DNA from: Daphnia carinata
Taxonomy: Eukaryota
Assembly (NCBI RefSeq): GCF_022539665.2
Contig: NC_081331.1
Location: 3,162,001-3,226,000 of the forward strand
DNA length: 64,000 nucleotides
Reading direction: 5' to 3'
Numbering within the stretch: position 1 is the first letter of the stretch; each line of letters opens with the position of its first letter. Below, piece after piece: positions 27,401 through 40,139 of this stretch. The notes under the pieces are model-generated. The model did not search any database. It saw only the letters and a list, made by a program, of their open reading frames with translations, and was not told the origin of the DNA. A program made the translations under genes and the position numbers.

Positions 27401-30400
27401 TGTCACGGTTGAACAAGTTGCACCGTTTGCAGTTCGGCAAGTACTGTAACAACTTGACGATTCAAACGTTTTTTCTTTTGACCACATTTTCTCACGTGGT
27501 TTTTCATTTGAACTGGACCTTATTTTTTAAAAAAATTATTTTTATGTTTGCTGTGCGAAAGAGGTTATGCGTCGGAAATGTTATAGGCGAATATTGTTTT
27601 TTGGCCGATAAACGTAAAAACTTTTCCGAAAAGCAAGTACTCCGCATTGCGCGAATGCTTTTATGTCTACCGTATCCGATTATAACGGAGGGTGGAACTC
27701 TTCAATAAAGTCTTGATTGCATTTATGCAAAATCCCAAACATTCATCAAGTCGTGTTGTTCATTCGTTATTGAATTGTCGCGCATTGAAACTCGTAAGTT
27801 GATTTGTACGCCCAAGTCTTTGCTTTTCAGCTTAACGTAGAAATCGAGGGGTTGCCAGCGAATTGCTAAAAGCCCTGTACCCAATTCCGGTCCGACTTTC
27901 TTTCATACGTAACCCTATATCATATCGCGACTGCCATTCGAATGATGTTCTAATCCATAGGCTTCATGTTCCCATGTAAAATTCAATAAAGAAGCATTTT
28001 GTGCAATCTGCAGCTTGAATTAGACATAAGTCGCTTGATTGGCACCAAGAGTCACGCATTCTTTAGATCTCCCCCTTGATGTTTGATAACTACCCCTGGT
28101 CTGTTAATCAGCAAATATGCACATGCATTGGCTGCGTGAACTCTCAAAACTAGGAGTTCACGATTCTCGGTAAACCTCTTGCGTCTTCGAATACGAATCT
28201 GCATATTTGCACGGCCGGGGAGGATGGCTTTCTGTAATCCTAGATGAGTGGGGTTCAAGTCTAGGTTATGGCCCAATGTGAGAGGCACCGTGTGACCTAC
28301 CATTGCTAATACCCAACTATGTTGCATACACAATAATCGTGCGGTATTAGCTCTCATCCTTGCTGGACATTTCAGCCATCAGCGTAAATCATGTAGCTTT
28401 AAAAAAAAAAATTTTTTTCATTTGCCAAGGCATAGAGTTTGCTCTCGTCAAATTTGATCCCCTTATAACACTTGCCGTACCAACTAAAAGAATTCAATTG
28501 TTATGCCCGTGAAATTGTGGGTTTAAAAAAATAGCTTACAGACCTGTGGTCCCCGATTGATTAGCAAGGCCTGCGTTTGGGCTTTGCACTCTTTAACACA
28601 GGTGGTAAGGCACGTATATTTGAATCGATTGATACAAAAGTTTTCCACTAGGACTAGAAACCGACCGGAGTGCACGGGAAATCGAACAACAAGAACTACC
28701 CTGAACTATGTACAACTGCAAACTAGTATACATCAAATAAGAATGGATTAAAAAAATCTTTTCAAATCAAGTCAGGGCTCTCGAAAGCGAATTGGATGCA
28801 GACGGGCAAGAATTGCTGGGGGAAAAAGAAATTTCGAATAGTTGTCCGTATGCAATGCGTGATTTTCACTGCCGCCCTGGGGAAGGATATAGGATGGACG
28901 GCCTGACCTGTCAAACTACGGCACGTAACGATAAAAAAAGAGGTAGAAATAGGATTGTATTATTCTTGCTTCGAACGCCGAGTTTTGTATCGACGCTTTA
29001 CGTCAAATAGAGACTTATACGTTAACGACAAAAACAATAGAATTCAGCTCACGAAATTCCATCGACAATTGTATCTCAATTTATCTTGTTTCTTCATCTC
29101 GCCTTTTATCACGAAAACGAAACTGCCGTATTTTCGCGCCCCTTTTCTTTTTTTGTCTATTCCCATTGTTTTCTTGGGCACAAGGTTGATGTATCCGTGC
29201 TCGAATAAATGAACGGAAAAAAGAAAAGAACTTGCCAGCGGGTTCACACTTGAATAGGTAATTCCAGGAAATTTCTTAAGTAATGCGCTGATGAGATTTG
29301 TGTTCTTGTTCGTTTCTTTGTATGGCCAATTCCCTTCCGAATGTAGCCGAACAATTTTCAGGTCCCCCTTAAAACCAAAAAATCTGAAAGAACTTTACTT
29401 TTATTTTTCATGTTTTTTTTTTTGTTTGAAAATCGCACGTTATTCATATTGAGAAAACTAGTGGGCGACTAGTTTGTCATTTTGATCTAGTACGTGATTG
29501 TTAATATGAGATGGATGTAGACGTAAGGATTTGAGTAACAAGTTTCTCTCAGCATGGACGTGCATTTCTTGGCTTCGTGTTTTCATTGCCCCCACTCCTG
29601 AAGGAGATGAATGAGCTGATAAATGAACAAAGAGTCTTTCATTCTAGATCTTGTTCGACGTCTACGAGCCGCTAAACGAAATCTTGGCGAGCACTGGTTT
29701 GACGGACGGACCTTACTATTCTTTCGTTCGTTCTCGCAGTCGTAATCTCAGACGATAACAATAAATAGAGGCCACACAGTCGTATACATATACGCACATG
29801 CTGCCACTTTGTTACTCGCAGACTGCCCATCTTTTCTTTGATAGGACAACGTGAGATTGACGGAATGAGCCGCGTCGATTGGTTTCATGACGTCATTTCC
29901 ACCATCATCCATTGCTACGCTCTTTGAAGTGACAATCATATAATACGAAATCCAGTCTTGGCATGTCTACTATCCGATTTCCCTGTTTTTCACGCCCACA
30001 TCGTCTTGGATCTTTTTACGACGTTGAAATGAAAAGCGATAAATATTTCACATTCTATTAGCTGCAGTAGCCAAGTCTGTATGACGTTGTGTGCGTAATA
30101 GGCTACTCGGCTTTGTTGAGAGGCTTCTTGATGATGATGGTGATAAATGAATGCGATAGAAAGCGCCGATCCAATATGTTGGACGATTCAACTCGTGAAT
30201 AAGAGAAGAAATAATTACATTTATCGAGTTATCTCTTCTTTTTTTCTTGTCGTTCTTTTTCTCGGCTTCTTTCGTGTTCTTCTCTATTTATCTATGGCGT
30301 CGGTGCAAACAAGGTGCTGAATGATGGTGGTTCCCTACCCTTCGGGACTACTGTTTCCCCTTCGCTTCTGTTATTGCTGAAACAGCACGTCTTTCAGTGA

Positions 30401-33400
30401 ATGACGCACACTACCGTCGACACTCCCACCCGTTCTTCCACGTTCCGCTCTTTTACCTACCAGTCGTGTCTCTCTAAAAATCGATTTTTTTTTCTCGCCT
30501 TTGTATTATATATCCTATTCGGATTATGTTGAAATGTTTTCTTCTTCTTTTATTTCCTTTGTTTGTTTTCTTTTTTTTAATTCCGGACGCTGGTTTGCGG
30601 ATGTTCCCAGAAGAACAAAATGGAACTCCAATGAATATTTTATTGTCCGTTGAATAAAAAAACTGGTTCGCATTTCTATACAATTCAGTATAGAAGTGTG
30701 TTTGGAACTTTTGAATGTCATTGGGTCACAACTGAAACGAATTTTTTTTTGCCCTGTCCGTCAATGTCTGACTAAACGAATGAACCGAAAGAGATAGGCG
30801 ATTTTTGCTTGTTTGCTTTCTGTGCAATTTTTTTTTCTCCATTTTTTAAATAAGACGTCCCACACGATTCGTTGATAGACATCCTCTTTGATCGGCACGT
30901 TACTTCGCCGCCGCAAAATACGTAAGAGACGTGGTCTCAATGATTTCACCAGCACAGAAATACCATGCCATATTGGTTTTGTTTGATGTAGACGTGCCAT
31001 GTCATTACGTTCTGCCGGCCGGCAGTTCTCGCTCTCTCTGTTCATTAATTCGCATCATAAGCGCAGATCATTAGAATTCTTGGTGGCCGTTTCAGCTTTC
31101 CAAAGCCGTCTCAAACCTATTGTTGCGTGCAATAGCAGCATCGAAAATGCTCACTTTTTCGTTTAATAGGCTATAGGGGTACGTTGACGTATTTGCCTCC
31201 ATTTTCACGGTTTTTGATATTCCCGATCGATTGAATCAACAATCGTGAACGACTTTCCCCTTTCTTTTTGTCGCCACTATCCCTTTGAAGGGTGTGATGG
31301 CAAACAAAACAAAAAAAATAATCAAAAATAAAATCAATTGAATCCAATCTGGACGTTTTCCTTTGGCGTGTGTTGTCGTTTGTTCGGGGAATCCGACCGC
31401 CACGTATAAGTTTATCTAGAACCGTCGAAAATAACACTATCACAGGCTTTCGCTGGCTGTATTTGAACATGATGTCGCCGTGACTTTGTGTATACCCTTC
31501 TCTTGTTGAATAGATTACACATTCTATTTCGGTGGGCAGAAGATTGGAACCGTTCCGGCATTCGCTTCCAAAAGGTTTCACCTTTAAAAGATTTTGTTTT
31601 TGTTTTTTTTACGTTGTTCGTTTTCTTTGTTTCGCAACCATTCTTTATTTGCCTGGCGGATGAAAAATCGTTTTTCAAAACATGTCAGTCTTAGTAGGCC
31701 AAACCCCACCAGTAAAACTCGCTATTTTTCGTTTGGCAAGAAGCGGCTAGGTCGTTATTTAAGAAGTTGGCTATTGACATTTTCATAAATCATCAAGTTA
31801 GTTCGTAAGATTCGTCGCGTTAGCAATGATAGCGCCGCTCCAGTGATCTAGCTTTTTATTGCGGAACATGAAACGCGATAGCAAAACGAACTGGTAACTC
31901 GTGCACACAAACAAATAAAATGACATTCCCGATGTAATAATTTGAATGGAGGAAATATACAAACAGTAGGTGATAGTGGTGTTACCGTGAGTGGAAGGCG
32001 GTCTGCGTGAGTGCCAAGCTGAAAGGAGCAAGTACACATGCGTGCTGGAGGGTCGGTCTTGTCCCGAGTGGGGAAAAGGACATCCCCGCATCCATGGGCA
32101 TCGAGGTCTAGTGTGTTGACGTCTGTCGGCGACTAGACAATCTAACCGTCGAACTTCATGCGACAGGAGAAAAACAACGTCGATGTTTTCTTTCGATTTT
32201 AAGGAGAAAAAGAAAAATTCGATCTTTGGATTTAAAAAACAAAAAATAAAACTTGAACTGGAAAACATTTTTGGCGATTGAAGAACGCAGTTTTGATGGC
32301 CGATTCATTCCGAATGAATCAACACTTTGAACACGTTTTCTAGTGCATCGTGACGCTTCCTTCGTCTACCGATCAACGAGTCGTCGTGTTACGGAACATT
32401 AGCAAAGGACAACATGTTGACAGTTTTGACCACCGCCGACCTTTAGGTAACATTAGGATTATAGCAGCATCAAAAACAAAAACAGATTTTACATTGCGGT
32501 GCGTAAGAACACCGTGGCACTATACGAACGATTTTTCCCTATCTGCGCTTTCCATTTGATATGATAAGAATATTTTAATTGGGGCATCTCAGTTCCAATC
32601 GATTCTCTTTCTAACTTCAATATAATTTTTTTTTTTTAAACTTGCGTCGTTGACCAGGCAATTTGGCCATTGATCTTTTAACCTAACTGATACATTTATG
32701 AATTCCGTTTTCAATTGTTTCTCTCCGTTTTCCGTGTCTTTGATGCCAGTTAGCCCAAGTGACTTCCAGTTTGTCAGCGTCATCCGCAGGGACTGGGCGT
32801 GGGCCGATCCAGGATTTATTATTATCTGGATGTTTCGGAAAACCTGCGGGCAAATCCCGCATCTTGCAGCGAGCATTTGCGATAGTAGAAAACCTTATTT
32901 CATCTGCTTTTCGATTCTTTTGCAATCCCCGTCGGACATTGTTGTTTTCCATTCGACGATATATAGGGGCTTAACGGTCCAGATTTAGAAGTACAGCAAG
33001 CATAGATGAAAAAAAGGGCCCTACTCGTCGTTGACGTCGAGAGATCAACGTCTCATCTTTTGCTCGCTTGATTGACGTCCAAGAGTTCTTCACCCATAGA
33101 AAGCCTTTTTTTTTCAAGTAGAATTCAAGAAGCCAGCCGTCTTTACGGTTCTTAAATGCAAATCAAACATCACGTTCAAGTCGCGTGTGTTAAGCTGCCA
33201 CGATTGCCATTGTTTGCCTTTATGATTATTGAAAAATGTATTGTTCGCAGCGAGCTAGAAGGCCTTTTTTTTTTTTCTTAAGCAGATCGCCCTGTTCTTT
33301 ACTAAACGCAAGATTTACACGTTCTCTCAGAAGTGTCCAAAAGCGTAATTGAAATTTTGCGAGTCACTGGTCATCCTGCTTGGGATGGATTTTGATATTT

Positions 33401-36400
33401 TTTTTTCCCTCTGTCCGTTCACCCATCGTTTTTTCTTTAATTTCCTCAGGCTTTCGTATGACAACACAAGACATCAGGCGACAGAGATTGTTCGAAATTG
33501 AAAAGTGCCAACAGCCCGCCAGCTGTCACGTTGACGCCCAGAGTATAATGAAGTTTATTACGGCACTGTATAGTAAAGCATCAGCTCCCGTGATGGACGC
33601 ACTGAGTTAGTGAACGGCCACATCATCAATTAGTGAACGATTCGAGGAATAGCAAATCATAGACTGGCCTACAGTGTCTCCTTTTTCGTTTTTTTGTCTG
33701 TCCGAGGTAGCCACATCAGTTGTACGTGTTGGCTTTACTTCGTTTATGCGCATCAAAGCCATAACTGGCACTCGCAGAGGCAATCTCTTTCTATTTCTGT
33801 CAAAGTCTCCTTACAGGCGGTCTCTCGGGCAACTAACGATTCGTCGGATCAATATATATATTTTTTTAGACAGAATATTATTTCTATAGACGCTCAATAG
33901 AAAACAAACGCAAGCCAACGTGCGTGTGCGTATCGGCTACACCTCGCAACGGTCACGTCCGGCGTCACCTTGGCAACTATTGTGTTGGCCGTGTCGAGCA
34001 ACGTCATTGAAGTGTAGCTTGCGCAACAACGTAACTGTAATAAGACGAGTAAAGATTGGATGTGCCTTTTGTTTCGCTTTGCAAAAATGATGGAATAATG
34101 ACCAGCTTAAAGAGTTAAAACTTGCTATTTAAATTTATTCATCAAACGCTTTTATTTTCCCCATTTTTTCTCGTTGCTACCTGGTTGGCATGAATAGAAT
34201 GCGGCAAAAATGTAATAAGGAAAAAGCAGCGGCGCGTTCGAACATTACATTAAAAAAATTAAATCATTCGCCCATACGACTGACGATGTACGTACCTGCG
34301 TATTTGCCATTCACGTACGAATGTAATATTGTATAATTTTAGAAAGGGAGATTAAGTTTCTTTCCGAGCTGCGCTTTCCATTTTTATTTTCAGAGATTTC
34401 TCAGAACGGAATAAAATAATAATGTAGATTTCAGAGAAGGATGAAGTCATCACTTTTGTGCAATGTTCCCCAGACTGGAGGGTTAACCATTCATCTGCCC
34501 CGAGGAAAGCTGATTGGTCTCGGTTTGTTGTTAACGTCTGCCTACATGACTCTCTTTCATAGTTTCGTTTTCTCCCCTGTTTTTGTCATTTTGTTGCATT
34601 CTATTATATTTTTTTCGGGCTGAAGGAAGATCTAGATCGAAGGGGATGAACAAAAAAAAGTACCGCAGCAAATAATACCGCATCAAAGAAACGTTGTACC
34701 TATAGAATAAAGCGTATCGATCTACGAGCGTATCGAGCCTTGTACGGTTTACTACCAACGTACCAGAGACAGCACTGTAGTAGAATGCCAACGACGGGCT
34801 TATGGCTGGGATCAGTCCCTTTTCTTTTTCATATATTTTTCATCGAACCAAAGTCATCTGTGCACCATTCTTCACGATACGTAGATGCGACAAAGGGAGC
34901 ACTGGACACAGCACGTTGTTTTCTCTTTCTTTTTTAACCTCAATATTCGTCATTTACGTTCATAGCACTTGAAATCAATTTGTTTTTACCCAAAGTCGCT
35001 TTCTATTCGAACGTCTTGCCTCTCGGTTTGTTATCTACCGCGTGACTAGTTCTACTCGGGAAACGGTAAACATAGTTTGTACCATTAGTTTGACTTTGTC
35101 CTTATCCGATTTGGTATTTGCTTTTTCGGTGTCCACAGAATCCGCCGATTTTCTTTAGCCGTCAACTAAATAGAATTGCGTCCTCATCCTTCTTTTATTA
35201 GATGTCAAGTGGAACTGTCGATATTTTCCCAACACTTGTACACACCAACACAAAGTCTGGTTTGATCAAGCGGACAAAATCACAGCAGCTTTCTATTAAT
35301 CTCTCAATAGTGTTGTTCCACTTTGAGGCTAAGAGACGCGGGTAAATAGAATAAATAAATAAAAAAAAACCTCAACGGTCATAAAGACACGTGCTGCTTT
35401 AATCTCTGAAAAAAACAAGTTCAATTTTTTATTTCTCTCCTCCAACTTGCCGGGCGTATTAGCAAATACAGACTGGCTTGTGTGTGTACAGACGCGTTGC
35501 TTGTTCGCTCTCTATTCATCGTCTAGTTGATGACGTGCGCCAGATAGGCAGGACGTGTGCCGCACTTTGACTGTCAGCGATGTTGCAGCAACAAATTGGT
35601 TTGCCGCCTAAAGCGAAAGCAACAAAACAAGACGTTACTGGTTGATCCGGCCGGCTGCGGCTCAATAGGCACTACAATGAGGAAATCTGTTGAATATGCA
35701 CTGCGTAGATAGCGTGTTTGAATAGCGTTTGCGAGGTAGCAGGACTTGCGATGATCCCTTTTTGTATATTTAAAATAAGGCTGCCATGCATATATTCCTC
35801 AACCGCTACGGAAACCCCTGACGGCTTGGGTACGCCCTTCTGGATGTGTTTTACGCTACATCGATCACGTTTTTTTAGCCACGCACGTCCCAATTTTGGA
35901 TTCCCCACATGCGTGGCCCCCGTCTTTGACGTTGTGTAGTTAGTTACCCACTAGTTTGTCTATACAGCTCACAGCTATTGCTGTTGTCTCTGTGTTTGTG
36001 TGTGGTCGAAATCGTGTGTGTATACACGGCGTTGGCTTTGTCACACAAGTGTATTTATATATTTATGGGTACTGCATTTTGCAATATCACAACGCGCGGA
36101 TACACAGGGCGGGGTTTTCATTTTTCAAAGTATGCAAAAAAAAAAAAAAAAAAAATGTACATTGCATCGAAGAAATATTCGGTGTAGAGAGAAATGGTTA
36201 GCCTGTGATGTTTGTGCGTTTTCGCCCTCGTTTCCTTATTTGATTCCGGATGCGCGCGAAGGTGGGCGGATGCCGATCGACCAGGGGAAGGAGGACATAG
36301 CGAGAGACGACTCAAATGTCGCTCGACTGCTACGCGCGGTAGACGACCGCAATGCGTGCGTTCACGACTAGAAGAATAAATAACTAAAGAAGATAAGGAC

Positions 36401-39400
36401 CTTTGAAGCGCAAGGGCAGCGACGCAGCGTTTCCTTTAATATTACATATGGTTTGTGTGTTTCCACTAGGCTCGCAGTTGTGGAGAAGAGACATAAAATA
36501 CGTGGCGTCTTTTGCAGAATTCGTTTCTGGCCACGGCTTAAATTCTAATTGTATTTTCCGCCATGTTAGATGATATAGTGCTGAATGGAAGGGAAGGGAT
36601 GGATGATGGCACGTCTGTCCCAATAAAATAGCAAATTCCATAAACGAATAGTAATGAAAATATTTAAGTTTCACTCGGAAAAGCACAAAGTTCTATTCAT
36701 AAAGTAGGATTGCGATGCGAAACAATAGAAAATTCTACTCTCTTCAAGCCGGTCCTCTTTTCCAACGACGACGACGTTACCCCTAAGTAAATGACAAAAG
36801 AACGGAGACGGTAGACAGGTTCGTTGAGTTTAGTCTTACACACTGTATGTGCCGTGGCCGTGTGTGTGTGCACAGTAAACGAGAGAAATTCATCATCAGC
36901 AACTTGGGCCCCAGTCTCATTAGTTGATGGAAAATGGTTGGTCTAGAAAACTATTATGGCAAAGAGAGAAAGAGCTTTAATATAATGCATTCGCTACAAT
37001 TTACTACTTCATGAAGCAAAGATTCCGGTACAGTGTATTAAACCAATCTTACTCTCCGTTGGCCGCAGTAGACGAAAATGATTTTTGTCCCGTGAAAATC
37101 GAGTCGTTTGCCCTCAGTATGGCGCAACAAGCCGGCGTTCTCCTTGTTGATTCAAAAAAAAAAAAAAAAATTTATGAGGGCGGTATCGATGAGTGAATAG
37201 CGAAAGATAAACTGTTCTCCCGACAAAGTGTCTATTGTGTCGGCGGGGGAGAGAAGCCGTTGAAGTAGTAGGGAATATTGCCAGCGGCACAGATGGCATG
37301 TTCAATACTACTCGAGATGTGGGGGATGCGAGCTTTGCTTGACCGCCAAACAAACAACACATAGAGCTTACTGATATTCTCGTACATGAGCAATAACAGA
37401 AATTAAGGTAGCGAACCGACGAAACTAGTGGGTGGACCGAATTGGCTGGAATTATGGATAGTTGGCCTCTGGTAAAATAATTCTGTGGTTGTATTCCTAT
37501 TCCGATTAATGGGGAAGTTTCCCATGATGAAGATGGCACAGTAAATATTTGTTGTCGAATATTTGAGATGTTCGGCGTCACAGCTGATGGCTAAACTATT
37601 GAGCGTGAACACAATCTAGAGCCAAATCGCGTTGTTTTCTCTTTCTATTGTTTTGCCATTCTTTCTTTTTGACGACAGATGTGTCTGTCATTTTCAACCT
37701 TTTCTACGCATTCATATTTGTTTTATGGATTAATCTAGCTTTTGTTATGAGACGAGCGAAAGGCCCGGAGTACCTGGAAAAGGAAAATCGATCCGTCTGG
37801 GATAACCCTTTTTTTTTCTCATGTCCTCTGTTGTTTTTGTTTTGCCTCAATAGTTTTGACGAGGATGTTCAGCATCTCATTTGTGTTGGCAAAAAGACGA
37901 CGACCACCTCAAGGGGGGAAGCCTATACTGCGATGATGAAAGTTAAGGACCTCGGATGCTAATCAAAGTAGCCTGGTGCGCTGCCCTATGTGTCTTCATC
38001 AAGCTTTCTGTTTGTCTCAGAGGCATCTTGTCATAATGTCGTATCGTCATTAAATGACCAAAAAGCGACAATTCGATCTCGTTTTCCCATTTGACAATGT
38101 CAAATGACATTGCAAAGCCAAGATTGGTTTTATAATGAAGCTGTTGCCGTCCGCTACCGTCCTTACTCTCGTATAACTTCAACGAAATGGCTTTTAAGAT
38201 TAGTGGGTTTGCCTATTAAAGAACGGACACGATGTAGTATTGCTGTCTCTTTCTCAAGTTCTGTGGCTTGACAACAAGGGAAGCCATATTTATTTTATTT
38301 TCTTTTCTATTATTGAAGCTTGAAGCCGGGCCCATTTTGATGAGAAATGAGCACATCGTTACTTTGACTCTTCCTAGAAGACTATTTTCTTTCTTGTTTC
38401 GTAAGGTCTCTATCGACCGCCATTCTGTCCCTCTGAGGTAGTATCTGTTGATGGCGATCGTTGGCGTCTGTCAGACAGAAGTCGAGTAGTTGCTGTTAGC
38501 ACGCAGTCTCAGTTGAAGGAGCCTAGATCTTCATTTGCTCACGTTATGTGCGGCTGATGGACGCGATGTGCTTGATGCGTGAAATGTCTTCTTGTTTTTC
38601 AGCTGGATGCGACAATACCAGTCATTGCTACCGAATCCTTGCAACTTCCAAGCTTCTACCGCCAAGCTAAAAAAAAAAAAAAAAAAAGTGATGGCAAAAC
38701 AGTAGATGAGGCTTTTCAACAGTCGGGTATCATGTGTTGAATATATAGCTCAACACGACCGCCAACAGAAACCATAATCATCGATCCGCCCAGCTGGTGT
38801 TCCTCAGTCGTATGATACGCTGAAAGGATGGAAGGAGGTAGATAGAGGAGAGGAAAGGGGGGAAAATTTTTGTCGATGCTTCTACAAGAAAAACTTTTGA
38901 AACAAGTCTGAAGGTGAATAAAGGCAATGTTGAAAAAGTTTTTTTTTTTTTTTTTTTTTTTGTTTTTTTGAAGAGGAGGATATTCGCCTTTGTACTCCTC
39001 ATCTTTTGCTTCTACTCCCTCCCCATATATATTTTTTTAAACAGTGCTGTGGGAGACGAGCTCGAGCCTTATTCTTTTCATTCTTTCACTCACGAACGAA
39101 GCAGAGAATAAAGGATATAGATGAGGAGCGTGAACAAGAGCCACGAACATTTTAAAAAAGCTCCTTTCTTTCAGTTCCTTCGTTTATTGCCAGTTCTGTT
39201 TCTGTAAAGCTTGTAACGAGGATTCTCAGTTTATTATTTTTTGTTCCCTCTTCTTCAAAACGCGTTGGAATATAAAAGCATTTAAGCAACATTGTCTTCG
39301 CTGTACAACCTTATGCAAAAATAAGGATTCGAGACAGTCATTGGCACGTATTCAATTGTTTTGGCCAGCAACAAGTTCATTTTCGCCATTGTCATCGTTC

Positions 39401-40139
39401 AAGTCTTTAAAAGTCTTCTTTCACGAAACCTAGCAAACTTGTAGCCCATTAAATTGGGGAATAAAACAAGGTGTTTACTTATTCAATTTGATACGCTACG
39501 TTGAGCAGTGAAAACAGAAAAAAAAAAAAAAATTTGAAATCCAAGAATTCGCAACGAAAGTTGTTGTAATTGATAATATCCAAACTTGGCTAGGTTTTCC
39601 AGTTTGATACACTTTGACTCGGGGGCCCCTCTTAATTAGAAAGTGAAAATGTCAATAACAAGCAGTTCCTGTTTTCAGTTTAATCATTTTCGCTTGATAC
39701 CCACGCGAAATCCGCGCGCTTTCTGGGCGCACCTGGAAACGACAGTTTTCGTAGACAAGCCCGGAAAGCGAACGTTTCCATGGTAGAAGAAGCGATGCTA
39801 TGAATTTACATCAGCAATACCGCCACCAAGTCGAAGCACGAAACGAAATGAGCTCTTTCAACTTGTTTCGTGATTGAAAATTTAGATTTTCTAGTAGCTA
39901 TGATGATGTGGGGGCGTCGTGGGCGGAACTTCCTATCGATCTTTTGCTGTCAATCCAGCTGCAAATTATTCTTTAATTTTTCCTAACCGTTCTCTTGTTC
40001 TAATTTAGGAAGGAAAGGGGAAAAAAAGAAATTTCTGGAGATACAAGTTCCGCCGAAAATCACCGACGTGAACGGAATAAATAGTTGCTGTTGAATTTGC
40101 GGTGCTGCAGCGCGCACTGAAAACTGGGCGGCGAAAAAC

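Noticed and set aside
38412..38462. TGAGGTAGTA, the let-7 5' decamer, inside a small inverted repeat
   Set aside because: The match stops at 10 nt and lies in the loop rather than a stem arm; no star strand.
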